Origin: Alphaproteobacteria bacterium
Lineage (GTDB): Bacteria; Pseudomonadota; Alphaproteobacteria; G965222575
Length of the DNA stretch: 64,000 bases
Reading direction: 5' to 3'
NCBI GenBank assembly: GCA_965222575.1
Contig: OZ244958.1
Coordinates: forward strand, 320,001 to 384,000
The notes beneath the pieces were generated by a model that saw nothing but the letters and a program-made list of their open reading frames with translations, did not search any database and was not told the origin of the DNA. The first letter of the stretch is position 1, and the number at the start of each line of letters is the position of its first letter. Shown here in pieces: positions 47,957 to 58,835 of the stretch. Made by a program: the position numbers and the translations under genes.

Positions 47957-50008
47957 ATGTCATTTTTCAGAACGCTTTCCGCCCAGTTCTTTGAAGAGAG
48001 ATTCGTCTTCCCTCTTTGGTGCGTTGTCTTATTCGGCATAGGAATCTGTTGGTATTTTGCCCTCAAGGAAGAGCCTGTATTGTGGGTTTACGGGGTACTT
48101 TGGGGAGGAAGCGTGCTGTTATACGTGATAAAAAGAGTGCGTCTTTTAGGGATTTGTGCCTTAAGCTTCCTCACAGGCTTTACCATCTCAGCCATAAAAA
48201 CCCACAGTCTCAAACACCCAGTCCTATCAGAACCCCTCTATAACGTTTATGTAGAAGGGATAGTGACGAAAAAAGAACAACGAGAAAATTCTGTGCGCTT
48301 TACGCTTAAGCAAGCGCTGATTCACGGCACTAGTACAAAACGCACGAAGATAAGGCTTATTGTGCGCTCTCAATTGTCTCCTGAAGAGATAGCGGTAGGA
48401 AGCCACATCACAGCCCGCGCCCTCTGTTTTCCGCCGCCGGACAAGGTTTTAGCTGATGGATACGACTTTCACAGGGATTTTTGGTTCAAAGGCCTCACCG
48501 CCACCGCTATCGCTCTTTCCATTTTAGATATCTCTCCTAGGGTGCAAACCCTACAATCACGACTAGAAAATCTTCGACTCCGTCTCAGTCACTCCATCAC
48601 AAAGCACCTCAAGGGGAACACAGCATCCCTTGCTAAGGCGTTAATTTTAGGCATGAAAAAGGAAGTAAGCGAAGAAACAAAGGTTGCGTTTCGCCGCTCA
48701 GGATTAGCGCACATCTTAGCAATTTCCGGCATGCATATAGGCCTTTTGACAGCGGTTGTGTTTTTTCTCATGCGATATGCACTCTCTGCAATACCAGCAT
48801 TTTCTTTGCGGTTTAACACAAAACTCTGGGCAATTCTAGGCGGAGTCGCCACAGCATTTTTCTATCTCCTCTTATCAGGTGCCTCACTTCCAACGAAAAG
48901 GGCCTTCCTGCTGGTATCGGTCATACCGCTAGGCATCGCCTTATTTCGCCCCATCTCCACCTTACGTGCCCTAGGGCTTTGTGCCTTTATCCTGTTGTGT
49001 CTCTCTCCCCAAAGTCTTTTATCAGCGAGTTTCCAACTCTCCTTTGCCGCTGTCCTGTGTTTAATCGTAGGGTTCAAACAGCTAAGAGGACTGCATCAAA
49101 AGCTTGCATTTTTAGGAGGGATATCCTCTCCTGTTGTCTTTGTGTTGTCTCTTTTCCTCTCAACGCTCCTCGCCGTCATTCCCACAAGCCTCATCGCTTG
49201 GTATCACTTTCAGAATGTCTCTTTTATTTCTCTTTTTTGCAATCTTCTCGGGGTACCGCTCCTTACGTTTTGGATTATGCCTTGTATTGTGTTGTACTTA
49301 GGGCTTACGCCATTAGGCTTGGAGTTTTTACCGCTTTGGGGACTCTCTAAAGGTCTTGTGTTGTTAGAGCAGTTAGCGCTGTACGGGGCATCGATTCCTT
49401 ACGGCTGGGGGCATTTTCCGAAGCCTACCACATGGAGTTTTTGTTTAGTAATTGTATCGGGATTATGGTTTTTGCTGTGGCAGGGTCGGTGGCGGTTTTG
49501 GGGGGTGCCGTTTTTGTTAAGTGGCTTTCTTTTCATGGTTTTCCTTCCGAATTTAGCAGATATACAGGTATTAGGAGAAGCGAAGCTTGTAGGGATTACC
49601 GATGGAAGGGGTCAGTTTTTTGTCTCAAGAAGTAATACGGAGTCATTCGCCCGTTCTGCTTGGTTTAGGGTCTATGGTCAAGAAAAGGAGGCTTATTGGC
49701 CTGATGGAGGAGGAGGAGGAGGAGCGGGGTTTTTCTGTGATGGGGAGGGGTGTATACTGGAGAAGAAGGGGTATTTGGTGGGGTTTCCCAAGACGAAGAG
49801 GGCTGCTATGGAGGATTGTATGGTTGCTGATTTTGTGATTTTTTCTGGGAATCTGCCGCCCTTTTGCAAGGGGTTAGGAGGAGAGCGTTTGCGTGCGGGG
49901 CGTGCTCATAGTGTGTGGTTAAAGAAAGGGATAAAAGTGAAGAGTGCGGAAGGGAATCGGAATCGTCCGTGGCACAGAGCGGCATTGCTTACGGCATTAA
50001 GTCCTTGA
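47957..50008 (+). CDS. comEC: ComEC/Rec2 competence protein
   Basis: SGLAHILAISGMHIG, SFQLSFAAV; many TM segments. Confidence 0.92.
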   Translation: MSFFRTLSAQFFEERFVFPLWCVVLFGIGICWYFALKEEPVLWVYGVLWGGSVLLYVIKRVRLLGICALSFLTGFTISAIKTHSLKHPVLSEPLYNVYVEGIVTKKEQRENSVRFTLKQALIHGTSTKRTKIRLIVRSQLSPEEIAVGSHITARALCFPPPDKVLADGYDFHRDFWFKGLTATAIALSILDISPRVQTLQSRLENLRLRLSHSITKHLKGNTASLAKALILGMKKEVSEETKVAFRRSGLAHILAISGMHIGLLTAVVFFLMRYALSAIPAFSLRFNTKLWAILGGVATAFFYLLLSGASLPTKRAFLLVSVIPLGIALFRPISTLRALGLCAFILLCLSPQSLLSASFQLSFAAVLCLIVGFKQLRGLHQKLAFLGGISSPVVFVLSLFLSTLLAVIPTSLIAWYHFQNVSFISLFCNLLGVPLLTFWIMPCIVLYLGLTPLGLEFLPLWGLSKGLVLLEQLALYGASIPYGWGHFPKPTTWSFCLVIVSGLWFLLWQGRWRFWGVPFLLSGFLFMVFLPNLADIQVLGEAKLVGITDGRGQFFVSRSNTESFARSAWFRVYGQEKEAYWPDGGGGGGAGFFCDGEGCILEKKGYLVGFPKTKRAAMEDCMVADFVIFSGNLPPFCKGLGGERLRAGRAHSVWLKKGIKVKSAEGNRNRPWHRAALLTALSP

Positions 50009-52610
50009 GTTCATGCAAGATATCAAGGGCTTGTCTTGGAGAGCAATCATCAAGATTGCAGGACTTAAGGAGGCGTTCCACTTTTTTGACAAAGGAAGGG
50101 AGAGGCGTTGGCAAAGGGGGGTTGTACTGAGGGGTTTGCAACTGGAAGTCAGAGGAGGAGGAGAAGTGCTTTAACAGGGTTTGTGCGCGTTCAATAACAG
50201 GCTGGGGCAGGCCTGCTAATTTTGCCACATGAATGCCGTAAGACTTATGGGCGCACCCTAAAACGACTTTATACAAGAAGACAATGCTCCCCTCCCATTC
50301 TTTCACCTGCAGATGACAATTGATTAAGTGTTTCATGTCCTTTTCCAGAGCAGTAAGTTCATGATAATGCGTAGCAAAGAGGCAACGGCAATTGAGGCGC
50401 TGGTGAAGGTCTTCAAGCACAGCCCACGCAATAGCGAGGCCATCATAGGTAGCGGTACCGCGTCCTATTTCGTCTAGAATCACAAAGCTTCTTGCGTCGC
50501 AAACTTTTAAGATAGAAGCGATCTGAAGCATTTCCACCATGAAAGTGGAATGCCCTTTAGCGAGATTATCAGAGGCACCAACGCGCGAAAACAAGTGATG
50601 GACAACGCCGAAGCGGCACGCTTCGGCAGGCACAAAAGAGCCTATTTGAGCGAGAAGGATAATCAGAGCATTTTGTCTTAAAAAGGTGGATTTTCCGGCC
50701 ATATTAGGGCCTGTAATCAGTTGAATCCTTTTGTCATTTTCCAACACGCAATCATTCAGCACACAATCATCAGGCCCCTCCTGTTGGGGGGCGGGCAGAT
50801 GTTGCTTTCCCCATTTGACAAGGGGATGGTATCCTCCCTTGACATGAAAATCACAGGTCATATCCACAACGGGACGGATATAGCCTTCTTCACGAGCAAG
50901 GTGTGCTAGGGAGGCAACAACATCTAAGAAGGCCATGCCCTTTGAGGCTTCTAGGATAGGGTTCCCTAGGTCTAGAATGCCCTTGAGAAGCTCTTGGTAT
51001 AGTTCTGCCTCTAAAGAGGCGACGCGCCGTGCCGATTCCTGCATTTTCATTTCGGCTTCCATGAGTTCCTGCGTGATATACCGTACGGTATTGGTCATGG
51101 ATTGCTTTTGAATAAAGAGAGGATTTTTTTCCATAGCAAGGCTCTGTCGAGCAGACACTTCTATAAAAGTGCCTAAGACATGATTGTGTCGAACTTTCAA
51201 GGTTTTGATACCGGTGAGCTGTTTATAGGTTTGTTGAAAAGCGAAAACCTCTTGGCGGCGGGAGGTTTTGATATCTTTGAGTTCATCCAGTGAAGGGGAA
51301 AAGCCTTGTCGAATGAAGTCTCCTGCCTGTACAAGAGCGGGGAGAGGGGAGTTGAGGGCAGAGGTTAAGGTTTTCAATAGACCATTGAGTGCATCAAGGG
51401 CAAGAGGGTTGGGGGCAGTCTTCAATTCTTCTTTTCTGTGAAAAAGAGACTGTACTTGGAAGGCACTCCACAATCCTTCTTGTATCGTTCCCATATCGCA
51501 AGGCCCGCCGCGCCCTAGGGATAGGCGCGTTAAGGCTCTCTCCACATCAGGGAATTGGCTTTGGTAGGAGCGAAGGGTTTGTCTTAAGGCATCGTGTTGA
51601 AAGAAGAGGTCAACCCACCGCAATCGCTTATCAATGGCTTCAATGTCCACTAAGGGACAGAGAAGCCATTGATACAATAGTCGTCCGCCTGCACTGGTGA
51701 GGGTTTTGTCAACGACAGAAAAGAGGCTACCACGTTTTTCTCCGCTTAATGTGCGGAGAATCTCAAGATTTTCTCGTGTATCATTATCCATTATCAGCAT
51801 CTGAGAGTCCAGATGCGCAACAGGCACCCGCACAGGGGGCATGCCTCCTTGCGTATAAAGGATATAGGACAAAAGGGCTTTTAAGGCACGCAGGATGGTC
51901 TTCTCTCTTCCTTTATAGACAAGGGGAACATGCAAGTCATTGAGAAGGGGAAAATGTTTAGTCGTCTCTTCTTTGAGAGGGGTGATGACCCCTTTGTAGT
52001 CTTTGAGGAGGGAAGCGTATTGAGAAGGGATTAAGAGTTCCGTGGGGTTGAGCCAAGAGAGGGTATCCATAAGATTGTCAGTCTCTACAAGAGTGTATCG
52101 AAACAAGCCGGTGGTCATTTCTATCCAAGCGCAACTCGCCTGCTTCGAGGGGGTGGGGATGAGAGAGGCTAGGAAGTTAGGGACTTTAGGTTCTAGCAGT
52201 CCTTCTTCTGAGAGGGTACCGGGCGTTATCACGCGTGTGACGCCGCGGTGGACAAGCGGTTTTTTCCCCTTTTCCTCCGGGGATTCGAGTTGGTCACAAA
52301 TAGCAACTTTGAACTCTTGTTTTATGAGGTTTAACAGATAATTCTCTACGGCATGACACGGAATGCCACACATGGGAATGGGGCGGTCTTTGTATTTTCC
52401 GCGAGCGGTAAGGGTAATGTTCAACGCTTGTGCCGCTACAATGGCGTCTTCAAAGAAAAGCTCATAGAAATCCCCCATACGATAAAGCACGAGCATGCCC
52501 TGATACCGTTGTTTTATCTCCAGATACTGCTTTATCATAGGCGTCGCAGCCTCCAAAGACACCTCTTGAGAATGAAGAGGAGGAAGAGGGGGGGGGGCTT
52601 CTTTAGTCAT
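49989..52610 (-). CDS. mutS: DNA mismatch repair protein MutS
   Basis: TPMIKQY...GDFYELF, GPNMAGKST, STFMVEM, DEIGRGT. Confidence 0.97.
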   Translation of the reverse strand: MTKEAPPPLPPLHSQEVSLEAATPMIKQYLEIKQRYQGMLVLYRMGDFYELFFEDAIVAAQALNITLTARGKYKDRPIPMCGIPCHAVENYLLNLIKQEFKVAICDQLESPEEKGKKPLVHRGVTRVITPGTLSEEGLLEPKVPNFLASLIPTPSKQASCAWIEMTTGLFRYTLVETDNLMDTLSWLNPTELLIPSQYASLLKDYKGVITPLKEETTKHFPLLNDLHVPLVYKGREKTILRALKALLSYILYTQGGMPPVRVPVAHLDSQMLIMDNDTRENLEILRTLSGEKRGSLFSVVDKTLTSAGGRLLYQWLLCPLVDIEAIDKRLRWVDLFFQHDALRQTLRSYQSQFPDVERALTRLSLGRGGPCDMGTIQEGLWSAFQVQSLFHRKEELKTAPNPLALDALNGLLKTLTSALNSPLPALVQAGDFIRQGFSPSLDELKDIKTSRRQEVFAFQQTYKQLTGIKTLKVRHNHVLGTFIEVSARQSLAMEKNPLFIQKQSMTNTVRYITQELMEAEMKMQESARRVASLEAELYQELLKGILDLGNPILEASKGMAFLDVVASLAHLAREEGYIRPVVDMTCDFHVKGGYHPLVKWGKQHLPAPQQEGPDDCVLNDCVLENDKRIQLITGPNMAGKSTFLRQNALIILLAQIGSFVPAEACRFGVVHHLFSRVGASDNLAKGHSTFMVEMLQIASILKVCDARSFVILDEIGRGTATYDGLAIAWAVLEDLHQRLNCRCLFATHYHELTALEKDMKHLINCHLQVKEWEGSIVFLYKVVLGCAHKSYGIHVAKLAGLPQPVIERAQTLLKHFSSSSDFQLQTPQYNPPLPTPLPSFVKKVERLLKSCNLDDCSPRQALDILHELKDLMP

Positions 52611-54408
52611 CGGTGCTCATGACTTTCCAAAAGACATCTTTTGGCAGTTGAATCTTTGCTAATGAGCGCATTTTTGTTTTTCCAGCTTTTTGTTTTTTTA
52701 GCAATTTTTGCTTTCTTGTCACATCACCGCCATAACATTTAGCGGTGACATCCTTTCTCAAGGCTTTCAGGGTTTCACGGGCAATAATTTTGCCCCCGCA
52801 CGCCGCTTGTAAAACCACCTGTACCAATTGTCTCGGAATCAAGGTCTTCAATTTCGCACACAACCGCCGCCCCTCCAAAGCCGCCTTCTCCTTATGCAAC
52901 ACCACGCTTAAAGCGTCAACCTCAACCCCATTCATCAGAATACGCACAAAAGCAAGGTCTGTCTTGCGATACCCAATAGGCTTATAATCCAAACTCGCAT
53001 AGCCACGCGTCTTGCTCTTAAGCTCATCAGTAAAATCAAAAACCATTTCACTCAAAGGAAGTTCATAAAGCATCACAACACGTTCCCCAATATAGTCTAT
53101 TTTCAGTTGTTTTGCACGGCGCGTTTGACACAACGTCATCACCGAACCTATAAAATCCTGCGGAAGTATAAGAGACACTTTCACCCAAGGCTCATAGAAA
53201 GACTCAACAGAAGAAGGGTTAGGAAAATCAGCAGGGCTACAGATTTCTTTCTCTTGTTGGTTTCTAAACAGCGCACGATACACAACAGTGGGATACGTCA
53301 CCATCAACGGAAGGTGAAACTCCCTGTCCAGCCGCGTGCGAATAATATCCAAGTGTAAAAGCCCCAAAAATCCACACCGAAACCCATTGCCTAACGCCTT
53401 AGAAGACAAAGGCTCAAAGGAGAAACTCGCGTCATTTAACGCCAATTTGTGCAAGGCCTTTTTCAAAGCGTCCCACTTTGCAGTGTCCACCGGAAAAAAG
53501 CCACAAAACACAACAGGAGAAGAAGGCTTAAAGCCCGGGGCAGGCAACGCACGCCTTTGCTCCTCTGTCACCGTATCCCCAACCGCCGCATGGGTTATGG
53601 CCCTCACACCCGCAACAAAAAACCCTATCTCTCCAGCCTCTAAAGACTCAACAGAGGTCTTCAAAGGAGTAAAAACCCCCACCTTCTCAACAGTATAAAC
53701 CGCTCCCGTAGACAAAAAAACTATCCCCATGCCACGGCGTAACACCCCCTCCTTTACCCGCACCAACACCACAACCCCTAAATATACATCATACCAACAC
53801 GCAATAATCAAAGCACACAAAGCCCCACTCGTATCCCCAACAGGAGAAGGAATACGACGCACAATAGCCCCCAAAACCTCCTCTATTCCTTGCCCCAATT
53901 TAGCGGAAATCTTCAACGCCTGCTGCTCACCACTACCAACACACAACCCCAAACTCTCCTCAACCTCCCCCACAACCCGCTCATAAGAAGCCGCCGATAA
54001 ATCCATCTTATTCAATACCAAAATCAGTTCATGATTATGCTCCATGGCTGCGTAAGCATGAGAAAGCGTCTGAGCCTGAACACCCTGAGAGGCATCCACC
54101 AACAATAAAGACCCCTCACACGCTCCCAAAGACCGACTAACCTCATAGGAAAAATCTACATGTCCCGGCGTATCAATTAAATTCAGTACATACTCCACAC
54201 CGCCAAGAGAATAGGTGAGCCTCACCGTTTGCGCTTTGATTGTAATGCCCCTCTCCCGCTCTAAATCCATAGAATCCAACACCTGATTCACCATAGATCG
54301 ACTATCCAACCCCCCACAGCGCTCAATCATTCTATCCGCAAGAGTGGATTTTCCATGATCCACATGGGCAATAATGGCAAAATTTCGTATCCTATCAGAC
54401 GCCACCAC
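52603..54408 (-). CDS. lepA: Elongation factor 4
   Basis: IRNFAIIAHVDHGKSTLADR; KDVTAKCYGGD. Confidence 0.97.
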   Translation of the reverse strand: MVASDRIRNFAIIAHVDHGKSTLADRMIERCGGLDSRSMVNQVLDSMDLERERGITIKAQTVRLTYSLGGVEYVLNLIDTPGHVDFSYEVSRSLGACEGSLLLVDASQGVQAQTLSHAYAAMEHNHELILVLNKMDLSAASYERVVGEVEESLGLCVGSGEQQALKISAKLGQGIEEVLGAIVRRIPSPVGDTSGALCALIIACWYDVYLGVVVLVRVKEGVLRRGMGIVFLSTGAVYTVEKVGVFTPLKTSVESLEAGEIGFFVAGVRAITHAAVGDTVTEEQRRALPAPGFKPSSPVVFCGFFPVDTAKWDALKKALHKLALNDASFSFEPLSSKALGNGFRCGFLGLLHLDIIRTRLDREFHLPLMVTYPTVVYRALFRNQQEKEICSPADFPNPSSVESFYEPWVKVSLILPQDFIGSVMTLCQTRRAKQLKIDYIGERVVMLYELPLSEMVFDFTDELKSKTRGYASLDYKPIGYRKTDLAFVRILMNGVEVDALSVVLHKEKAALEGRRLCAKLKTLIPRQLVQVVLQAACGGKIIARETLKALRKDVTAKCYGGDVTRKQKLLKKQKAGKTKMRSLAKIQLPKDVFWKVMSTDD

Positions 54409-54569
54409 TACTTCCTCTCCTCAACCTCCCGCACCCACCCGCAAATAAAAAGCCGCACCATACCCTCCATAGAGTCCAACACCAAAATCCAATGTCCCGC
54501 ACGGAAGACTGGTAGTTGACAGAGAGAACCATTTCGAACACTTGACCCAGAGTATTTTGACTCTTCTGG

Positions 54570-56981
54570 TTATACACATTCTTTCTTCTCTTCCTCTTTT
54601 CTGAGAACACCGCCGTACAGCTTTTTGATGCGTTGGCATAACTGCTTGGAAAATCCTTCTATATCGTCTCCCGTCAAGGTACGTGCGGAAGATTGGTACT
54701 TGACAGACAGCGCCAAAGAATACTGACCACTTGACTTCAACATTTCGTTTTCATACACATCAAAGACAGAGACTTGTACCACAAAGGGAGAAAGCGTCTC
54801 TGTAGTTTTCACCACTTTTTCTACGGGAATATGTTTTGGCAAGAGGAAGGCAAAGTCGCGTTTGCTTGCCGGGAACGATGAGATTTTGGGGGGCGAAGGG
54901 GGGGAAGATTGCACAGGCAAGCGGTCAAGGCAAAGTTCAAAACAGCCGCCGCTAGGCCCTACTAATTCTTGGAGTCGCGGATGGAAAAGCCCAAAGACTC
55001 CCACCACATTGTTGTCCCCCTCAATCAAGAAAGCCCCTGCCCCGGGGTGAAGCCATGAAGGAAGTGAAGAGCGCCGAAAGCGAATATTTTGACATCCAAA
55101 GGCCTCTAGTACGGTCTCCACATCAGCTTTAATATCAAAGACATCCCCATGACGTGCCGTCTCATTCCAGATGCGCTCCTTGAAGAGACCACCTCTTAAG
55201 CCACTACAGAAAAGGACTTGCTCCTCCGCTTCCATCCCAAAATAGCCGCCCCCCACTTCAAAGATTCCAAAGCGTTCTTGTTGTCTGTCTCTGTTGTACA
55301 TCGCAACCTTCACCAGCGACGGAATAAGAGACCGACGCATGACAGATAAGTCTTCACTGATAGGATTCTCTACGACCACAGGTTCATTTTGCGGCATGAG
55401 CCATCCCTGATAAGTCTCATCCAGCGCCTTTGAGATAAAGGAATAGCTCACCACTTCATGCAGTCCGCGCACAGCGAGACAGCGGCGGATGTGCCTACTA
55501 GCCCCTTGTTTTGGCGTGAGAAAAGCACAAGAAGGCTCTTTGTGCGGCAGAGGGACTGCTAGCAAGTGCTCATAGCCCTGTATACGCGCAATATCTTCCA
55601 CAATATCTTCCTTCAAATGACAATGGGGACGAAAGGAAGGCGGGGTGACTTGCCAAATGGGTTTTTGTTCTTTTATCTGAAAGCCTAGTGCTTTCAAAAT
55701 CGTCTGTTGTGTTTTGTTAGCAATTTTTGTACCGAGGAGGCGGGCAGCTGTATTGGGGTCATAGGCAATAGGGGATAAAGAGGGAATCTGTCCCAAAGAG
55801 ACCACTTCAGTTGGTTTTCCGCCACACAGAGTCCTCACCATATGAACAGCTCTTTTAAGAGCTGTTGTGACAAAGGCGGGGTCGGTTGCACGTTCAAAGC
55901 GTGTGCGAGATTCTGTGATAATGGACAGGCTACGTCCTGTGCGTGCTATGGATTCCGGAAGAAAGTAAGCGGCTTCTATGAGCAGGTCTTTTGTATCAAG
56001 GTCACACTTAGTGGTAGCACCGCCTAAGACTCCTGCTAGACTGATAACTCCTGTGTCATCACAAATCAGACAAGCTCCTTCAGGACAGGTATAGCGCTCT
56101 TCATCAAGACCTAAAAATTGCTCCCCCCCAGAGGCAATTTTCAAGCGGAGATTCCCTTTGATTTTGTTGGCGTCAAAGGCATGTAGCGGTTGTCCTGTAT
56201 CCATCATGGTAAAATTCATACAATCCACAACGGAGGAAATGGAAGAAAGTCCTATGGTGCGTAAGCGATTTTTCAGCCACTGCGGGGAGGGGCTATTGGT
56301 CACGCCTTTTATGCCTTGAAGGCAAAAGAAATCGCAAGGCGGGGGCTTTTGGGAAGGGAAATCTGCTGTAACGCCTATAGTAGGAGCGGAAAAGGACGGC
56401 ACATCAAGGGGCTTAAGAGGGATTAAAGTCCCCAACCCAGCCGCAGCCAGTTCCCGTGCTATACCATGAATATTGAGACCATAAGGTCTATTGGGTGTCA
56501 CTTCTATGTCAATGATAACATCACTCTCTATGAAGTCCGCAAATGCCGCACCGGAAGAAGCCCCTTCAAGTTCCATAATGCCCTCTCCTTCCAAAGAGAG
56601 GCTTAATTCTTGCTCAGAGCACAGCATACCAAAGCACCGGACGCCGCGAATACGTGCCTCTCTTATAGGCATCTTATTCCCGGGCAGACAAGCTCCAACA
56701 GGGGCATAAACAGAGGTTAACCCCTCCACAACATTCCCCGCCCCACACACCACAGACACAATGTTTTCACCGCCAAGATGAACCTTGCAAATTTTCAATC
56801 TATCAGCAGCAGGGTGCGGGGAGACTTCGAGAATTTTCCCTATGAGAAAATGCCGATACAGCTCTTGTTCATACAGAATGCTCTCCACATCAAAGCCAAT
56901 ACGGCAAAGTGTTGCGGTGATTTTTTCCACATCATCTTCCCCCTCCAAATGCTGCTTGAGCCAACGAAGAGGGATTTTCAT
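54570..56981 (-). CDS. pheT: Phenylalanine--tRNA ligase beta subunit
   Basis: HPAADRL, VVCGA.N, TPNR, QPLHAFD, RFER, FDX-ACB C-terminus. Confidence 0.95.
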   Translation of the reverse strand: MKIPLRWLKQHLEGEDDVEKITATLCRIGFDVESILYEQELYRHFLIGKILEVSPHPAADRLKICKVHLGGENIVSVVCGAGNVVEGLTSVYAPVGACLPGNKMPIREARIRGVRCFGMLCSEQELSLSLEGEGIMELEGASSGAAFADFIESDVIIDIEVTPNRPYGLNIHGIARELAAAGLGTLIPLKPLDVPSFSAPTIGVTADFPSQKPPPCDFFCLQGIKGVTNSPSPQWLKNRLRTIGLSSISSVVDCMNFTMMDTGQPLHAFDANKIKGNLRLKIASGGEQFLGLDEERYTCPEGACLICDDTGVISLAGVLGGATTKCDLDTKDLLIEAAYFLPESIARTGRSLSIITESRTRFERATDPAFVTTALKRAVHMVRTLCGGKPTEVVSLGQIPSLSPIAYDPNTAARLLGTKIANKTQQTILKALGFQIKEQKPIWQVTPPSFRPHCHLKEDIVEDIARIQGYEHLLAVPLPHKEPSCAFLTPKQGASRHIRRCLAVRGLHEVVSYSFISKALDETYQGWLMPQNEPVVVENPISEDLSVMRRSLIPSLVKVAMYNRDRQQERFGIFEVGGGYFGMEAEEQVLFCSGLRGGLFKERIWNETARHGDVFDIKADVETVLEAFGCQNIRFRRSSLPSWLHPGAGAFLIEGDNNVVGVFGLFHPRLQELVGPSGGCFELCLDRLPVQSSPPSPPKISSFPASKRDFAFLLPKHIPVEKVVKTTETLSPFVVQVSVFDVYENEMLKSSGQYSLALSVKYQSSARTLTGDDIEGFSKQLCQRIKKLYGGVLRKEEEKKECV

Positions 56982-58093
56982 AGGGACCTCCAATAGGCAG
57001 AAAGAGCCGGAATATCCAGAGGAGAAAAGCCTGCCTGCTCACACCACCGACTATCTCCTTGAAACAGCGTCCTTAAGTCTTCAATGCCCCCTTTAAGAAG
57101 CGCTAACCTGTCTAGTCCCATGCCAAAAGCCATGCCCTGATAAGAACCATTCCCTAAGCCTACTGCCTCTAAAACACGGGGGTGTACCATGCCACAACCC
57201 AGAACCTCCATCCAGTGTTCACAACCGCCTATGGTAAGACAGCCCTCGTGCAGGCTATACCCCACATCAACTTCCGCAGAAGGCGTGGTAAAGGGGAAAA
57301 AGCTTGGTCTAAATCTCAAAGAGAGCGACTCCACCTGAAAAAAATCCTTCAGCACAGTGAGTAAGGTGTGTTTTAAGTGTCCCATATGAATCCCGTCCTC
57401 AACAATGAGTCCTTCTATCTGATGAAACATAGGCGTATGTGTTTGGTCGGTATCACTTCTGAAGGCACGCCCACAAGCTACAATACGGTGCGGAGGCACA
57501 TGAGTTTTCATCCAACGTATTTGTACAGGAGAGGTATGTGTACGCAAAAGCTTCCATTGGACAGAAGCTCCTTTTTGGCGCACATAGAAGGTATCCATCT
57601 CTTCTCTTGCCGGGTGAAAAGGAGAAAAATTCAAGGCACTGAAGTTATGATAGTCGTCTTCTATCTCCGGTCCCTCGGCTAAAGTAAACCCAAGCTTTTC
57701 AAAGCTTACAAATAACATCTCTGTCACTTGCGTAAGGGGGTGAAGAGACCCTTTCAGTCCATGTCGGGCAGGAAGAGACAAATCAATCTGTTCCTTCACC
57801 AGTTTTTCCTCTAAAACCTTTTCTTGGAGAGCGACTGTCTTCTCCTTTAAGGCAGAGACAAGGGATTGCCGAATACAATTGAGCAGCTGGCCATAGCGGT
57901 GTTTGTCCTGTTCTGTAAGTCCTTTTATCTCTTGAAACCACTCCCGCAGTTGAGAGCGTTTCCCAAAGGTCTTATATCGCAGGCTTTCACAGTCTTCAAG
58001 CGTTTTCGCTCCTTTTATCTGGCCTTTGATTTCTTGCTGAAACGCTTCCAAAATCTCGGTAGAAAAAGAAGGGGGCACAAGTTTACTTGACAC
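56978..58093 (-). CDS. pheS: Phenylalanine--tRNA ligase alpha subunit
   Basis: [34 protein letters not shown]. Confidence 0.97.
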   Translation of the reverse strand: MSSKLVPPSFSTEILEAFQQEIKGQIKGAKTLEDCESLRYKTFGKRSQLREWFQEIKGLTEQDKHRYGQLLNCIRQSLVSALKEKTVALQEKVLEEKLVKEQIDLSLPARHGLKGSLHPLTQVTEMLFVSFEKLGFTLAEGPEIEDDYHNFSALNFSPFHPAREEMDTFYVRQKGASVQWKLLRTHTSPVQIRWMKTHVPPHRIVACGRAFRSDTDQTHTPMFHQIEGLIVEDGIHMGHLKHTLLTVLKDFFQVESLSLRFRPSFFPFTTPSAEVDVGYSLHEGCLTIGGCEHWMEVLGCGMVHPRVLEAVGLGNGSYQGMAFGMGLDRLALLKGGIEDLRTLFQGDSRWCEQAGFSPLDIPALSAYWRSL

Positions 58094-58442
58094 CTTTTGT
58101 CACTTGTCCAATCAGCGCTAAAAAATCCTCCCCCTCCGATACAGCAATCTCAGACAACATTTTCCTGTTCAGTCTCAAGCCTTTTTGTTTCAACTCATAA
58201 ATAAAACGACAATAGGTCATCCCATGAAGACGGCACGCTGCATTAATCCTTTGTATCCACAGAGCGCGAAAAGTGCGCTTTTTCGCCTTCCTATCCCTAA
58301 ACGCATACTGCCTTGCCCGCTCCACCGCTTGATGCGCAATGCGAAAGGTATTCTTACGCCGACCATAATACCCCTTCGCTGCCTTAAGTACACGCTTATG
58401 GCGCTTATGCCGAACAACTCCCCTTTTCACACGCGTCATCAC
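58083..58442 (-). CDS. rplT: 50S ribosomal protein L20
   Basis: TRVKRGV...AKGYYG...LWIQRINAA. Confidence 0.97.
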   Translation of the reverse strand: MMTRVKRGVVRHKRHKRVLKAAKGYYGRRKNTFRIAHQAVERARQYAFRDRKAKKRTFRALWIQRINAACRLHGMTYCRFIYELKQKGLRLNRKMLSEIAVSEGEDFLALIGQVTKGVK

Positions 58443-58463
58443 ACTCCTCCTGTACTCAACAAA

Positions 58464-58664
58464 CTAAAACCGCGGTAAAAAATACTGCTTTATCACTTTT
58501 TCATCCACCTTAGAGACCAAAGTCCCACGGCGCAAGTTGCGATTCTGCTTACTGCTCTTCTTTATCATACCATGCCGCTTCCCACTCTGGGAACGCTTAA
58601 TCAGTCCACTAGCCGTATAAGAAAACCTCTTAGCCGCACTCTTTTTTGTCTTAAGTTTTGACAT
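58464..58664 (-). CDS. rpmI: 50S ribosomal protein L35
   Basis: KLKTKKSAAKRF..TASG. Confidence 0.95.
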   Translation of the reverse strand: MSKLKTKKSAAKRFSYTASGLIKRSQSGKRHGMIKKSSKQNRNLRRGTLVSKVDEKVIKQYFLPRF

Positions 58665-58835
58665 ACTGCACTACACCCCACCTCTTCCTTAATGCCTGCG
58701 CACCCACAATTTCCGATAAAAGACTCAAGCCTATAGCCTATCTTTCTCACCCAAAAGATTCAAGAGGTTTCCCAAGATTCTTCTCACCCCCCTTTTCCTT
58801 TACTGACACTGAAAAGAGCTTAAGAGACAAAAGGC

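Noticed and set aside
54421-54639. rpsT (S20)-like start MPTHQKAVRR
   Set aside because: It overlaps the normal pheT C-terminus in another frame, and the rest lacks S20 features.
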